From the NCBI GenBank assembly GCA_002633005.1, contig NMRA01000645.1, positions 124,001 through 188,000 on the forward strand: 64,000 nt of DNA, in the 5' to 3' direction. The DNA is from Phoronis australis (lineage: Eukaryota; Animalia; Phoronida). Positions 26,546 to 38,302 of this stretch are shown in pieces (within the stretch, counting starts at the first letter, position 1; each line of letters opens with the position of its first letter). A model generated the notes under the pieces. The model did not search any database. It had not been told where the DNA came from and saw nothing but the letters and a program-made list of their open reading frames with translations. The position numbers were made by a program, and so were the translations under genes.

Positions 26546-26677
26546 ATGAACAACCACGGAAGTGACATGGAAGTGAACGAAAACCTAAAACTGGATATAA
26601 CAAGTATAGAACTAGCTGAGCCTGATCTCCACAAGGCACGGCTTGACAGGCTAGAGCGGACAAAGGCCACTATGAAG
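26546..26677 (+). CDS. IQCJ-SCHIP1: IQCJ-SCHIP1-like gene, first coding exon (MNNHGSDMEVNENLKLDITSIELAEPDLHKARLDRLERTKATMK)
   Basis: Acceptor CTTACAG| at 26512; in-frame TGA at 26531 upstream of AAAATGA; 44 codons; donor AAG|GTATGT, phase 0. Linked to downstream exons by phase and position, not by homology. Confidence 0.65.
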
Positions 26678-27424
26678 GTATGTTCTTGTGTAGATTTCTC
26701 GGCTCGTTGATAAATCCTCACCTATTAAGCATATTTTGGTAGAAATGTTGAAGTTGATTTTATTGTGCTGGTCTAGTGCTGACACCCAATTTTTTTAAAG
26801 GGGATATTTCTTTCAGTCCATGAATTTCATTGCTTTTCTCTAACCGTTCATACTTTTTAATGTTTATGTTCTTAAATCACTAATTTTATATCAAAACACC
26901 AAAGACAACCCTACCTGTCAATCACAGCAAGTTAGTCATCGGCTCCATTGTGGTTAGTGAAAAAAGTCGTCAGATGTAGCTGCTCACTTTCCCATAGTTT
27001 TTGGTATAATAAGGAATGTCGAGGCGTTGTGTTTGTAGTGGTTGTGGCAACTTAGTATTTGTCTATACTATGACTCTCTGCACTTTCTCGCGAGACATTT
27101 GAGAAGCGCAGAGGTGGCACAAGTTTGTACAAGAAACTCTCGTGTTAGTGGATACGACACACTGGCGCTGGGTACGTTCATACGTTACACTCATGTCTGT
27201 GGAGCTGAGAAACTTTCAATTGAAGCCACTTTTCTTCTATTTTCCCATTTTTGGGATTTTAAATTCACAATTGTGATATTTATGTAGTGTTATAATGGAA
27301 GGTTTATTGATGTCAAATTAAGTTAATGGTAGTTTAAAGTAATTTAAATGATGTATTGTTTTCACAGTTGACTAAAAGAATCAGTTGTATGCATATGCAC
27401 AAAAATTAGTGAAGAAGTGATACC

Positions 27425-27584
27425 CAGGGGCAGAATCAACAATTGGTCAGACTTCAAAACCACTTGTCCAGACTTCAAAACCAGCTGGCTGAACTGCAAA
27501 ACCAAATGCTTGGTGTTCTAACTTGGTGGTTGAACCTCAAAACAGGTTGGCCAGTAGCTCAAATATTTTTAAAATTGTCCCCAG
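27425..27584. mobile_element. Small hAT-like MITE with internal ~21-bp tandem units
   Basis: CAGACTTCAAAACCA occurs twice plus degenerate units; flanks GTGATACC/GTGGTACA (6/8); weak TIR. Confidence 0.4.
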
Positions 27585-29711
27585 GTGGTACAGAATATGT
27601 CAAATACGTCCAAAAAACAGGAAGATGTCATGGACTCCTATTCCCCAGAAACCTATTCTTAAATTTCATGGAAATCCATCAAGGAACTCCAAAGACAACG
27701 GATGCAAACGTATAAAAACTAAAATTGCTAATAGAGGGCAGAGCGGTATTCAGATCCATCCAAAAGTCATTGTCGTCAGCTTCATAGGAACACATCTGCC
27801 AAGTCTCATTGTAATACTGCTTAGGATTTAGGAGATACAGCCGTGGAAGCTGGACGCCTGAGACTGCTACATTCTACACCCACATATAAAATGTAGCCAC
27901 ATAACTAGCTTGGGCCTGATCTGACTTATGCAGCACCTAGTGGCAAATAATTTTTTTGTATTTGCCTCTGTATCTTTGAATTTCATTGGAGTTTCATGAA
28001 GTTTGGCAAATAGGTTTTCATTAAGGAGATGACACGTTCACGGAATTCTGTACCTCCTAGTGTCCATCTTTATGCATCCACATATACAAATCTCTGGGCA
28101 TCCGTCTGGTGCACGGCATCTGCTGTTGTATCTGTACCACTGTGGGATTGTAATAACATTTGTCAAATGTGTTGCTGTGAAGCTGATGACGGATGACGAT
28201 GAGTGTTAGACCAACCAAACTAACACCATGCCCCCTAGTGGCAATTTTATCTGGTTACCTTTGCCTCTGTGTCTTCAGTGTCCTTCAGAGTTTTTCGTGA
28301 ATTTTAGCAAATAAGTTTGTGTTATGAAGGCGACAAAGCGTTTCTATTTTGAGACATATTCAACATATTCTGTGCCACCTAATAGCCATTTTTTATTTTT
28401 AAATCAGTATTTTGTCGTCTACCTCTGTTTCTGCCTAACCGTTCAGAGGATCGTGAAAATTGGCAGATTTGTTCATACTTACAAGAGCACAAATGACATT
28501 GATTTTCGGACCAGTTCAACTACTGAAGTGTCCCTTAGTGGGACTTTTACATCCTTAGTGACTATCTCCTAAATCCTATAGGATCGTGGTGAAATTTGGC
28601 AAGTATATCCCTATTAACTTGGCTACAAATGGACAGATTTGACTACCTCTTTGCCTTCTACTTGAACGTGGATTTTTGCGTTTGTCTCTGTATGTTTTGG
28701 GATCTTCGATGGATTTTCATGAAATGTGCTCAATTTTCTGTTGGGGATGACAACACCTTCCCATTTCCAGACCTGTTCGAGATATTCTGCACTCTCTAGG
28801 GGCCATTTTTACGATACTATTAACACCTGTAGAAGCTTACCATTTGCGGTGCAGGTGAGGGTGCATTTCAATGGTTTGCGTTGCTCTTGTAAGTTACCAA
28901 TTGGTTGTATTGTTGTAGCTGACACCTTGTTTGAGAAATTTTCCCAGAGTATACCTGGAATTTCTGCAATCAGTCCCTCTCAATTAAAGGCTCAAGGGTC
29001 TGTATTTAGAGTCACAATTAAATTTTCTATGTAGTTCCTAAGTAGAACAATGTCAGCAAGAGCGAAAGAAAACCTAGGAGTTTGACACACTAAATCCTTA
29101 TTCTATTTCAATGGTGTCTGTGATAACGGAACTTAAACCGTCTTTAAAAATGTCCTCTAAGTTCTCCGATTTAGTTCCGGATGACACATTTTACATTTAT
29201 AGGCCTTTTTTCCAAATATGAGCCAGATCTTATATTTTCCTAAGTTAATTGGTAAATATATACCATTTATGGAATTCAGGCTCCTGATCTTTCTTTCGGA
29301 AAATCCCAGCAACAATGATTAGTTAAATCAAAATGGGCAAATTCAAATGGGAATAAATCTGTTAAGATGAAATGAGCTGTGGAACATATGAATGCGCTCC
29401 GATCCTTCCTCATCCTTCCTGAGTGCTCTCATGTACAAATGGATCAGTAACCCGTATCAGAAATGCTGATAAAATGCATCAATTCTGGACAATAACAAAG
29501 GCTTTTAATGGTCATGGCGCTTTAAAGAAAATTTATCCTATTACTTTCTGTGGTGTTTTTGGTGGTGTTTCATTCCATTGGAAAGCAAAACTGTGTTTAA
29601 TTTATTTGGAATGTTAAGGATTTAGCTAAGTGCCTGTATAGAAATGGTGATTTTGGTTTCCTTACGTACAAAGCATTTTTAGGAATGCTGACCACCTTTA
29701 CTTTGTTTCAG

Positions 29712-29750
29712 GCCTTCGATTGCCTAGTTGCAGAGGAGACAATTCCACAG
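29712..29750 (+). CDS. IQCJ-SCHIP1: IQCJ-SCHIP1-like gene, 39-nt exon (AFDCLVAEETIPQ)
   Basis: CTTTGTTTCAG| acceptor, CAG|GTGAGG donor, phase 0-0, open frame. Confidence 0.65.
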
Positions 29751-29863
29751 GTGAGGCCGTTCATCTTCATTATTTCTGTTCATTTGTATTTTACTGATTG
29801 GGCTGGCGTTGTTCTCAGAAATATTGTTTAATTAGCATCATGGTTCTAATAGTGCCCTTACAG

Positions 29864-29918
29864 AGGCCCAAGACGGGCTCGAAAACGAGGCTTTGGAGAA
29901 AACCTAGACTGCCGAAAG
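29864..29918 (+). CDS. IQCJ-SCHIP1: IQCJ-SCHIP1-like gene, 55-nt basic exon (RPKTGSKTRLWRKPRLPK)
   Basis: CCCTTACAG| acceptor, AAG|GTAATG donor, phase 0-1. It needs a further phase 1-0 exon, or must be skipped, to reach 34097 in frame. Confidence 0.5.
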
Positions 29919-31609
29919 GTAATGATAATTATTTCAATACAACGTAACGGCGCCAGCTGTGAACACTCATTCCACACTCGTGGTTCAAATTTCACTTTGT
30001 GTTCCCATGTCCTGGTCTTCAATATGCTAATTTATGTAACCAAGCAAATATAGTTGCTTATTGGTTTCAGTTTATTGAGCATATTACAACCATGCACCCT
30101 GTGAAACAGAAAAAGCTCAAAAGCTTTCAAAGCTTTTCGAACAAAGTGTAGTGCCATGTTTGAATACATGTGTACAGAACACGGAAAACTTCATTTTTGT
30201 TCAGTCAACTCCTTTCTTAGACTGGCTTGTCGAAGGCTGTTGATGTACTTTTTCAAAACTGTTATTTTCGTGTTGGCAGGTTTCAGATGTCATGATACTC
30301 AAAAACAAAAATAGGAATATGAGCTCTTTCTTCCTAAATGGTTATTTACGCAGTATGGTAATTACGGTTATGTGCAGGACTTGGAATTTTCCTCTTTTAA
30401 GAGGATTACCTCTTTTTAGGCTTGGATTTTCTTCTTATTTGATTTCCAGTTTATTCTTTCTCGTCTCTTTTTTATCATTATTTTGACTTTATTGGTGCAA
30501 AAACGTTTATTTCGGTTGAATTTTGCAACACAAGACATATTTCTGTCAGACATTAGCATATTTAATTTTGGAACGATACATCACCTGGAAAATTTTCCTC
30601 TTTTTGTCATTAGTCATTCCAATCCCTGTATATAGGACACTGTAGACAAAATTCGGTGCATTTAACAAAATATCTCAAAACTAAATTTGAAGTCAATAAA
30701 AGTATAAATTTTTCTGAAAGTAGAAAGCCTGTAGAACATGATTTTTGACTTTTTACCAATCTATTATTAATTGGGTCACATGACTATGTCTTTCTAGTAA
30801 AATTTAAAAAAGGAAACAATGTGCATTGCTAGCAAAACAATGGTATCAATAACATGTTATTTAATGTAAATGTTCAAGGTGAGATATCAAAAACTCTGTT
30901 ACCGTTTTCTAAAATATTTTGTTGTTCATTGTATACAACTTAAGATTATTTGTGAAGATCGTCCTATTGTTTCAATGGCCTTCATGCAAAAGTGGAGCAT
31001 TTTAACAACAATTCCTCGCAGCATTTTTGAGAACAGCGAAGCATAATGTCTGAAAGTAAAAGTCTCATATGAATCCAATCAGCTATTTGTGAGCTATGAT
31101 GTTTTTAAGTCAGCCAAATTTGGCCATTTTTATAGGGTCCTACATGAGCTTCGAAAGACGCCCTGTTGTTTTGTTTAGTACATGACAGTTGTTGTCACTT
31201 TGTGTTCACGATTACCACAGATATGGGGTATCTCGTCTTACGTAGTAGGTTTTAGTATTTTGGTGACTTATGTTGTTATAACTCTAGTGATCATCAGATG
31301 CTGAGGGCAAGTCGGGCAAAAAATCTCTTCCCAAGATAATTTTGATCTTGTCCAAAAGGTGTCTGCACTGTTGATGGAAAATGTTTACCATGAAGCAGTC
31401 AGAAAGAACTATCATTAATGGTTGACCAAGTAACGAGTGGAATTTCACTCAACATTAACCATTAATGTTCATTCTGATTGAAACTGTTCCTGAAAGCTGA
31501 TGTAGTTGCAATTTCTTAAAACTGCCAGTGAGTTGACAAATTGGGTCTCACATCATGTGAATGAATGTTGCAAACTATATTGCCTGAAATGTTGATCCCA
31601 GTTTCTCAT

Positions 31610-31847
31610 CAGTGGCACATCTACATTTCAGTAATGGGGGGTTTAGGATTTGAGCGAATTCGAGCGAAGTAGCACCGAGGGGAAGGAAGGTTGGGAGGGG
31701 GTTTCCCCCTCCCGTGTAAGATTTTTTGTGGTTTTTAGTAGCTGATTTCATTTTTCTGGCGAAATTTTTTTTCAATTTTTATTCTTGATCCTGTCCCGAA
31801 GGGGGTTTAAACCACTTGAACCCCTCCCCCCTGTAGATCCGCCTCTG
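31610..31847. mobile_element. MITE with 5-bp TSD (hAT5-like), same terminal motif as 22590-23573
   Basis: CAGTGGCACATCTAC ... GTAGATCCGCCTCTG; flanked by CTCAT on both sides (31605-31609, 31848-31852). Confidence 0.75.
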
Positions 31848-34096
31848 CTCATAGACGTTGTAACACAACATTGGCAAACAATGCTTTTATCAGTCATGCG
31901 ATTGGGAGACTGGCTTCACTCCCAGTCAGCTCACCGACAACTGCCAAATAACATGTAGAAATCGATGACATTTCGCGAGTCCGCCAATAATGGTTCCTCA
32001 ATAAACTTTTCAAGGTCTCAGCATCTTTTTATACATTAAATCTTATATTGTACGTGCTTTTTCACATGAAAATACCACATGTGGAGATAACTCTGATCAG
32101 ATATTAGACTGAGTAAGAAAGTAAGAATTAGTAAGATAATACTCACTGGTGTTGGTTCCCATCCCCCCCTCCCTCCCCCGAAGTAAATGATACCTTTGCA
32201 TGTCTATATTTAGATATTGCTGCATCAGAAGAAAATTAAGAGATAAATGCCAAGAGTTCCACTTTGATCATGAAAGCTCTGTTGAAGGTGTTACCTATAG
32301 ATCAGTTCAAATTAACCAAAGGTTAAGAAAACCGGATGTCCAATCAAGTCTTTAACTATGTTCAATTTACACCATATGAAAGCAAAAATTGTTGTGTTTA
32401 CAAAAATGATAGTCAAACATGCCAGAGGTGAATTATTAAGAGTTCTAAATATTTTCCTGGTGTTGGCTCCTGTTTCTTCTTAAAATGGTCTGTAAGCTAA
32501 ACAATCTTCTCAGCCTGGACCAAAATTTTGGTGAAAACTGTGTCGGGTGGATCTATTGTCAAAATGCCCCCCCCCCCAGTCTGTACTTGGGGAATATCGT
32601 GTATTCGGTGACGATTCTGAAATAAAGATTCATAGCAGGGCAAGATGTAGACGTAGAAGTACAGCAAAAACGTTTTATTTATTGTGAAATATATATTTAC
32701 TCATTGGGTAATATTGTTTCTTACTGATATTGCAAACACACGAAATAGAATTAATGAGCTCCCACAACTTGAAAAATGGCATACTGCACACCAGGTGTGG
32801 ACTTGCATGATGTGGCAACTGTACACACCATGTGCAGCTTTGTCTGTTGATGGCTCTAAATTTACCCATCTCCATTATATTCTCATTCTTGACACAGCAA
32901 CTACTAGTCCAGTCATTCTAGGGCTCCAGAGGGCCCAACCTAGAAAAAATTGCAACAGAAGGTTTTTTTGCATGAATGGCATCTTCAAACATCCCTTGGT
33001 GTCAGAAAAAAAATCTACCGAAATCGGAGTGGCGGAAGTCGGTTTTTCAAGATGGCCGACAAAATGGCCGACAAAACCGGTGATTACTGTTTTCTGGCAT
33101 ATTACTCTTATGTAACAGCTAAAAATAAAACAATAAAGTTTGTCAATGATTATATACTTTTCATAACAGGCATACCAATCAAAAGATGCCAATTTTCCGT
33201 AAAATANGACAGACAGGATCAGACTGAGAATGGCAGCTATTTACTGGTTTACTTGATAATACCCAGCTCTGATCGATACATGAATCCTAGATTACCCAGT
33301 AGTTGAAACATACAGATTTGTCAAGCCTATGCCTTTGTAGTTTCACAGACAGAGGAGATAAAGAGCATGAAAGTGCAATTACCCTGATAAGGAGTCATTT
33401 TTGAATGGACAGTTTGTAGACGTGTATTGATAGGAATAAATGTAAAGATAGAAAAGTGTTTTAATATCTCTGTTTGTATGTTTGTTTAATTAATTTCACC
33501 TGCATATCATTTTTGTTCATGTGAAGTTCATATACTCCATATCTTCTTAATTGCTGACAGTAGCAGTTTCAACACATCAGTTACATTCTGCTTTCTTTAC
33601 ATTTTGTGAATTGTTAAATGTACCATGTGTTATGACAAACTCGATTTCTTTTATTATCCTATTTTACTATTATATTATAACACTATTACATTACGAATTC
33701 TTTAAAGTGGCAGCTGCATCGTGTAAACCATGCTGAAAACAAAATCTATTTTAAAAACCCTACATTTGTGATGAAATTTGTGATAAAATGGAATTGCATT
33801 TGCTCGCCACATGGTATCGTATACTGAACACTTTTTTCCATTCATAGTACTACTAAAATGATTGACTTTTCTGTCACAAATTTGAAATGAATGTTATCTC
33901 CGATTTTGTTCTAAATCACTAATATTATCAGCGTTATCCTATTATTTTCTGTGGCATGTTCCGCTCAAGGGAGATTTATGTCAATTTAACTTTGCAGTCT
34001 CTGTTAATCTTCATTATCGGCTTGAGCAAAATTCTATTCTTGTTTGATGTTATCTTCACGTACCCTCTGGTGAATTGATGATTTAACATTATACAG

Positions 34097-34207
34097 GTCG
34101 AAAATCGCTCACCCAAAGAGAAGGCAGCCATTACTATCCAGCGTCACTTCAGGGGATATTTGGGTCGGAGACTATACACAGAGCTATTATACGAACAGTT
34201 TGAGAAA
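34097..34207 (+). CDS. IQCJ-SCHIP1: IQ-motif exon (VENRSPKEKAAITIQRHFRGYLGRRLYTELLYEQFEK)
   Basis: ATACAG| acceptor, AAA|GTGAGT donor, 111 nt, phase 0-0. Full calmodulin-binding IQ consensus IQxxxRGxxxR. Confidence 0.85.
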
Positions 34208-34793
34208 GTGAGTTATCCCTGGGATAAGTCAGTCTCAAAAGCGGTTTTCAAATTAAAAATTTATTTATTTCTGTCTTCAGAAGTGCACATTTTAGTCAGC
34301 TAAGTGATCCTGTTTTATCGTAATCGGACTTGTCCTTGTGTTTGATTTGCCTCTGTTTTTAGACTTGCTCAACAAGAATAGCGCCTTCCTGTTGTGAGCA
34401 TTTTTCCAATTAGCCAATGGCAGGATTTGCATCTGTTTTGTAACAGCTTTTCATATGAATTTTTAGCAGTAGTCACTTTTTAAGGCAAACTTCCTTTGAT
34501 AGAGAGCCAATGGCAGCTTTTCTATTTCTCAGCATGGACACTATGTAGTAATAAATTAGAATGGGATTTGGTGTGTGCCAAGAGCAGTCGTCCCATATCT
34601 ATTTATAAATCGATAAACTGCAATATTTGAAAGGTTTCTGTTATAAACGGTATTCTGATGTATAATCATGTATTTGCATCGATAGAACTATATACAGCGC
34701 CACTGATTCGTTTGGCTTTAATTGGAAATCTAAGGTTTGAAACTTTCTCATTTCTCATATTGTGAAGTTAATTATAGCCGTGAATTTCCACAG

Positions 34794-34858
34794 GAAGAAG
34801 AAGCAAGACGTGAGAAGGTTCTACAGCAGGTTGAGGAAGGGGAGCTGCTTTTGGAAAC
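34794..34858 (+). CDS. IQCJ-SCHIP1: 65-nt exon (EEEARREKVLQQVEEGELLLET), IQCJ exon-2-like
   Basis: TTTCCACAG| acceptor, AC|GTAAGT donor, phase 0-2. Resembles human IQCJ [22 protein letters not shown] (recalled). Confidence 0.85.
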
Positions 34859-37800
34859 GTAAGTAGTTCCTCCACTTAGTCTGAACATGGCGGCCATTTT
34901 GAGAAAATTATCTGTAAAGCATCTACAAACGTGTCTCTATCGCAGAAAGCTTTTGCTTCACACTGCTAACCGTTGTGAAATTCATCTCAAATTGTTTGTT
35001 CGTTAAATTGAAGGTGAATTCTGAACTTTGAAAGAATTAGCTGTTTGTTAGTGCTTAAGACGAAGCTTTGCAAGGTGACTTGTTGTGTCGTGTTGTTTTG
35101 CGCACCTCGCGTGGTTCTTGGGAATGACAAACTGTCATTTCTTTGCAAACCCAGAATTCACTGCTTATACGAGTAACAAACAAGTTGAGACCAATTTTAT
35201 TGCAGTAAGTGGCTGAAATCAAAAGTCCGCTTCTTGGACGGAACGCCAGTCTATCGCTGCTTTAAATGAGTGGTGTAAGAATTATTCATCAGTCATGAAA
35301 TTAGAGTGTGGTGTGAAATTATTGGTATTGCCATTAAGGGGATTTCTTTTAGTGTACAACATGGCAGAAAATGAGACTTTTATTCTGTTGGAATTTTATA
35401 GATAATATGCTACAATGTCACCAATGTAAGACACAAGATGGCGAACAAGTGAAATTTTATTTATTCATTTTTCATATAGAAGAAACATTGCACCGAAATA
35501 ATGCTTTCATGTTCAAGTTCTGTTACCGTATTAACCAAGAGACATTTTTTTGAAAACATTTGGTGATTTACAATAATATTATAAGACAATGAAAAATGAA
35601 AAAAGAGCATTTTGGCAGTGAATTTTTCTTCTTCATCAGTAGTATTGGTGCTGCTGTTCAATGAAACTTGAGGTTAAATAATTTATGGAAAGGTCAAAAT
35701 GGACAATTTTGATAATTGTTATTGTGTGAAATTGTTGTCGAACATTTATTAAAAGACTTTTGCAGCATTTATTGAGTTTGGGGTGTAAACAAATACGGAT
35801 GCTTTGACATAAAATCAGTATGGTTCGATTGCCGGTTGTCATAAAAGATGTATTTGCATGCTCCTAACTATGCTAATGTATAACAGGAACTAAATGACAA
35901 TGCTATTTAAACATCATCTGTGCTAAACAAAGTGCAGTTGAATTCGTTGACAACTTCTAAATGTGAAAACAAAAAATTCTGCAAATAGGTGACCTTTGCA
36001 CTATTGACGTACCTTGGGGGCTCACATAGCCCGCATCATGCAGTGTTATTTCCCAGCACAACAAAAAGCGTATTAAAGGCAATAAAAGTGTCACTGACAT
36101 GCATCACAAATAAACAACGTTGGGTGTCTAGTCTTGGTACAAAGGGTAAACTTATTCAAATGCATAGATGGTTGTGGCCTGAGCATGACTTTCCATCCAA
36201 ATTGCCAATCAATCTGTGCATGTTCAGATCACAACACAATGGCTTCTTGAACTTGTCATGAGCCCTTAGTCAATATCTTTAACGAGGGTAATATTTAAAC
36301 TAATTTGCAATTGATCTTCCTATTGGTCTATAGTCTTTGTTGCTTAGGCGATGTTGCATAAACGACACGGAAATTAACCAATGATTAATTTAAATCTAGG
36401 TTTGTAAGGCAGTTGTAATGTAAGCGTTGTATACCTTTGGGTACTTATGAAGGTTGTGCACTCGGAAAGGTTCCTGTTTCATAGCAATTTCCCTGCAGAA
36501 GGATCTTTTTCAGATTAAATTCCCCCAGCTCTAAAACAACTCGCTTTAGGGGTTTGAAACTGTCTGAAAGGCTCATATTTTGCCAATAGTCAGATTTTGA
36601 GATCAAGTTTGATGTCTGTTATTCAATGGAGAAAACTGGTTCTCAAAACGCAAGACACGGGAAAGTGACTACTATTACCAAGACTTTGCTACATTACCTA
36701 CGGAATGAGTTCACACCTATTTTGAAAGGTTACAGTCCAGGGCCTCTTCCAAGGTACTGACTTAAGTTCATCTTTGACTTAAGCCCGAGACTCAGTTTTC
36801 TCAACTTCCGAACTTTGAAACTTGCACACTTGGTAATGTAGTCAAAATTAAGACGAAACTTTAGGAAAACTGAAGATCTCTTTCTTGAAATGGACTCTTC
36901 TCTTAAAGATTGGTTGAAATTTAAGATATCTTTTAGCCAAGTCAGTTTTCTTGGAGTGTGTCCCTTGGTTATACACTTGCCTATTATAGTGCTTTAAGCT
37001 GATCGCTAAACTGAAATGCGATTGCTTCAAATTCTGATGAAACAATAATACTGTAAGTAAATTCTGAACAAGGGTGACTTTCTTATTGGAAGCTTCCAAC
37101 AAAATGGTCCATTCTGAGGTTGTGTAGGACCTTAGAAAATTTGTCCAATCTGGCTGAAGTTAGAACATCATATCTGAAAAATGGCTGACGAGATTCATTT
37201 GAATCTTCCAGATAACGTGCTTCATGTACTGACCTCCAAAACTGTTTTAGGAATCGTTTTTAAGATGTTCCAGCTTTGCATGTGGGTTATAATAATAGAA
37301 CTTTTATAATTTTCATCAAACAAAAATGGAATGACAATTTAGAAACTATTGAGATGTTTTAGAGGTTTCATCTGTAACATTTGTATCCAATGAAATTTTC
37401 AGATTTTATTGAGCATTTTGATTGGTGTTTCCGTTTTCAACACATTTTTACTAGAGTCCATGCTTTCATAATCTGGACACCTCTTACTTAGCCACATGTC
37501 ATACATAACCTTTGACCTCAAAACAGATGAGCAGTTGTCTGGTTGCTTCAGCTCTCACTTCCTTGGAGGAATCTCCACTATGCAAACACCAAGGCAATCT
37601 GCTACAGACAAAACATTGATTGTAAAAGTGCATAACAAAGCAGAAATCTGCTCCTGTTGAGCTATGGCAGTATTGCTAGTAATTATGTCTGGTTATTGAC
37701 TGAAGAGCTCTGGTGATCTCCACTGAACAACTGTTAGTTAGGGGCAGACCGCATAGATTATGTTGAATTGAGAGAGTGAGTCATGCACTGAAACTATCTG

Positions 37801-38046
37801 GTCTCTGTGCATGGGTGATTATTGGCCTGACTGAGGATTGTGCTGTATCTTCACCTGGTTCAAATGGTGAGTGCTATATGGGCTTCTGGCAATAGCATAA
37901 TTGTGGCTGAATGACTTGTGTTGTCAATTGTAAGCTTGGTGTTAAGTGTACTGAGCCCCACGTTCTGAAGTAATGTTTTACTTGTGAAATGAGACCAGAA
38001 ACTGGTCAAGTGCTTAAGCCTACTGTGTTGGTTGGCATACTAATTT

Positions 38047-38302
38047 GTAGTGAATGAAAAAGTGTTAAAGAAGTATTCCGCTGCTGTGTAACTGTCGATG
38101 TTGAGTTGAATTCTCATCTGAAATGCTCGGGGGAATTGAAAGCAATACCACTCACATCCAATCTCGAATTGTTGTTGAGTAGTGAATGAAAAAATTTGAA
38201 GAGGTATTTCATCGCTGTTTAAGTTGTGGACGTAGAATTCTTATTGAAGCGCTTTGGGGTTTAAAAACATTGCCACTCCCATCCATCTCTAATTGTTGCT
38301 AA
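38047..38302. repeat. Old ~130-bp tandem duplication
   Basis: Both units begin GTAGTGAATGAAAAA and end CCACTC.CATCC..TCTC.AATTGTTG. Confidence 0.75.

Noticed and set aside
27440-27560. Short repeats resembling a CRISPR array
   Set aside because: Units are adjacent and degenerate with no unique spacers; eukaryotic context, no cas genes.
27830-28870. Degenerate subrepeats (CCTAGTGG, AAATTTGGCA), with similar texture at ~58560-59230
   Set aside because: Probably an old interspersed repeat, but I could not define ends, TSD or class.
32684-33306. Cluster of overlapping 105-143-aa ORFs
   Set aside because: Repeat-like sequence (AAAATGGCCGAC units) running into an N gap; no coding signature.
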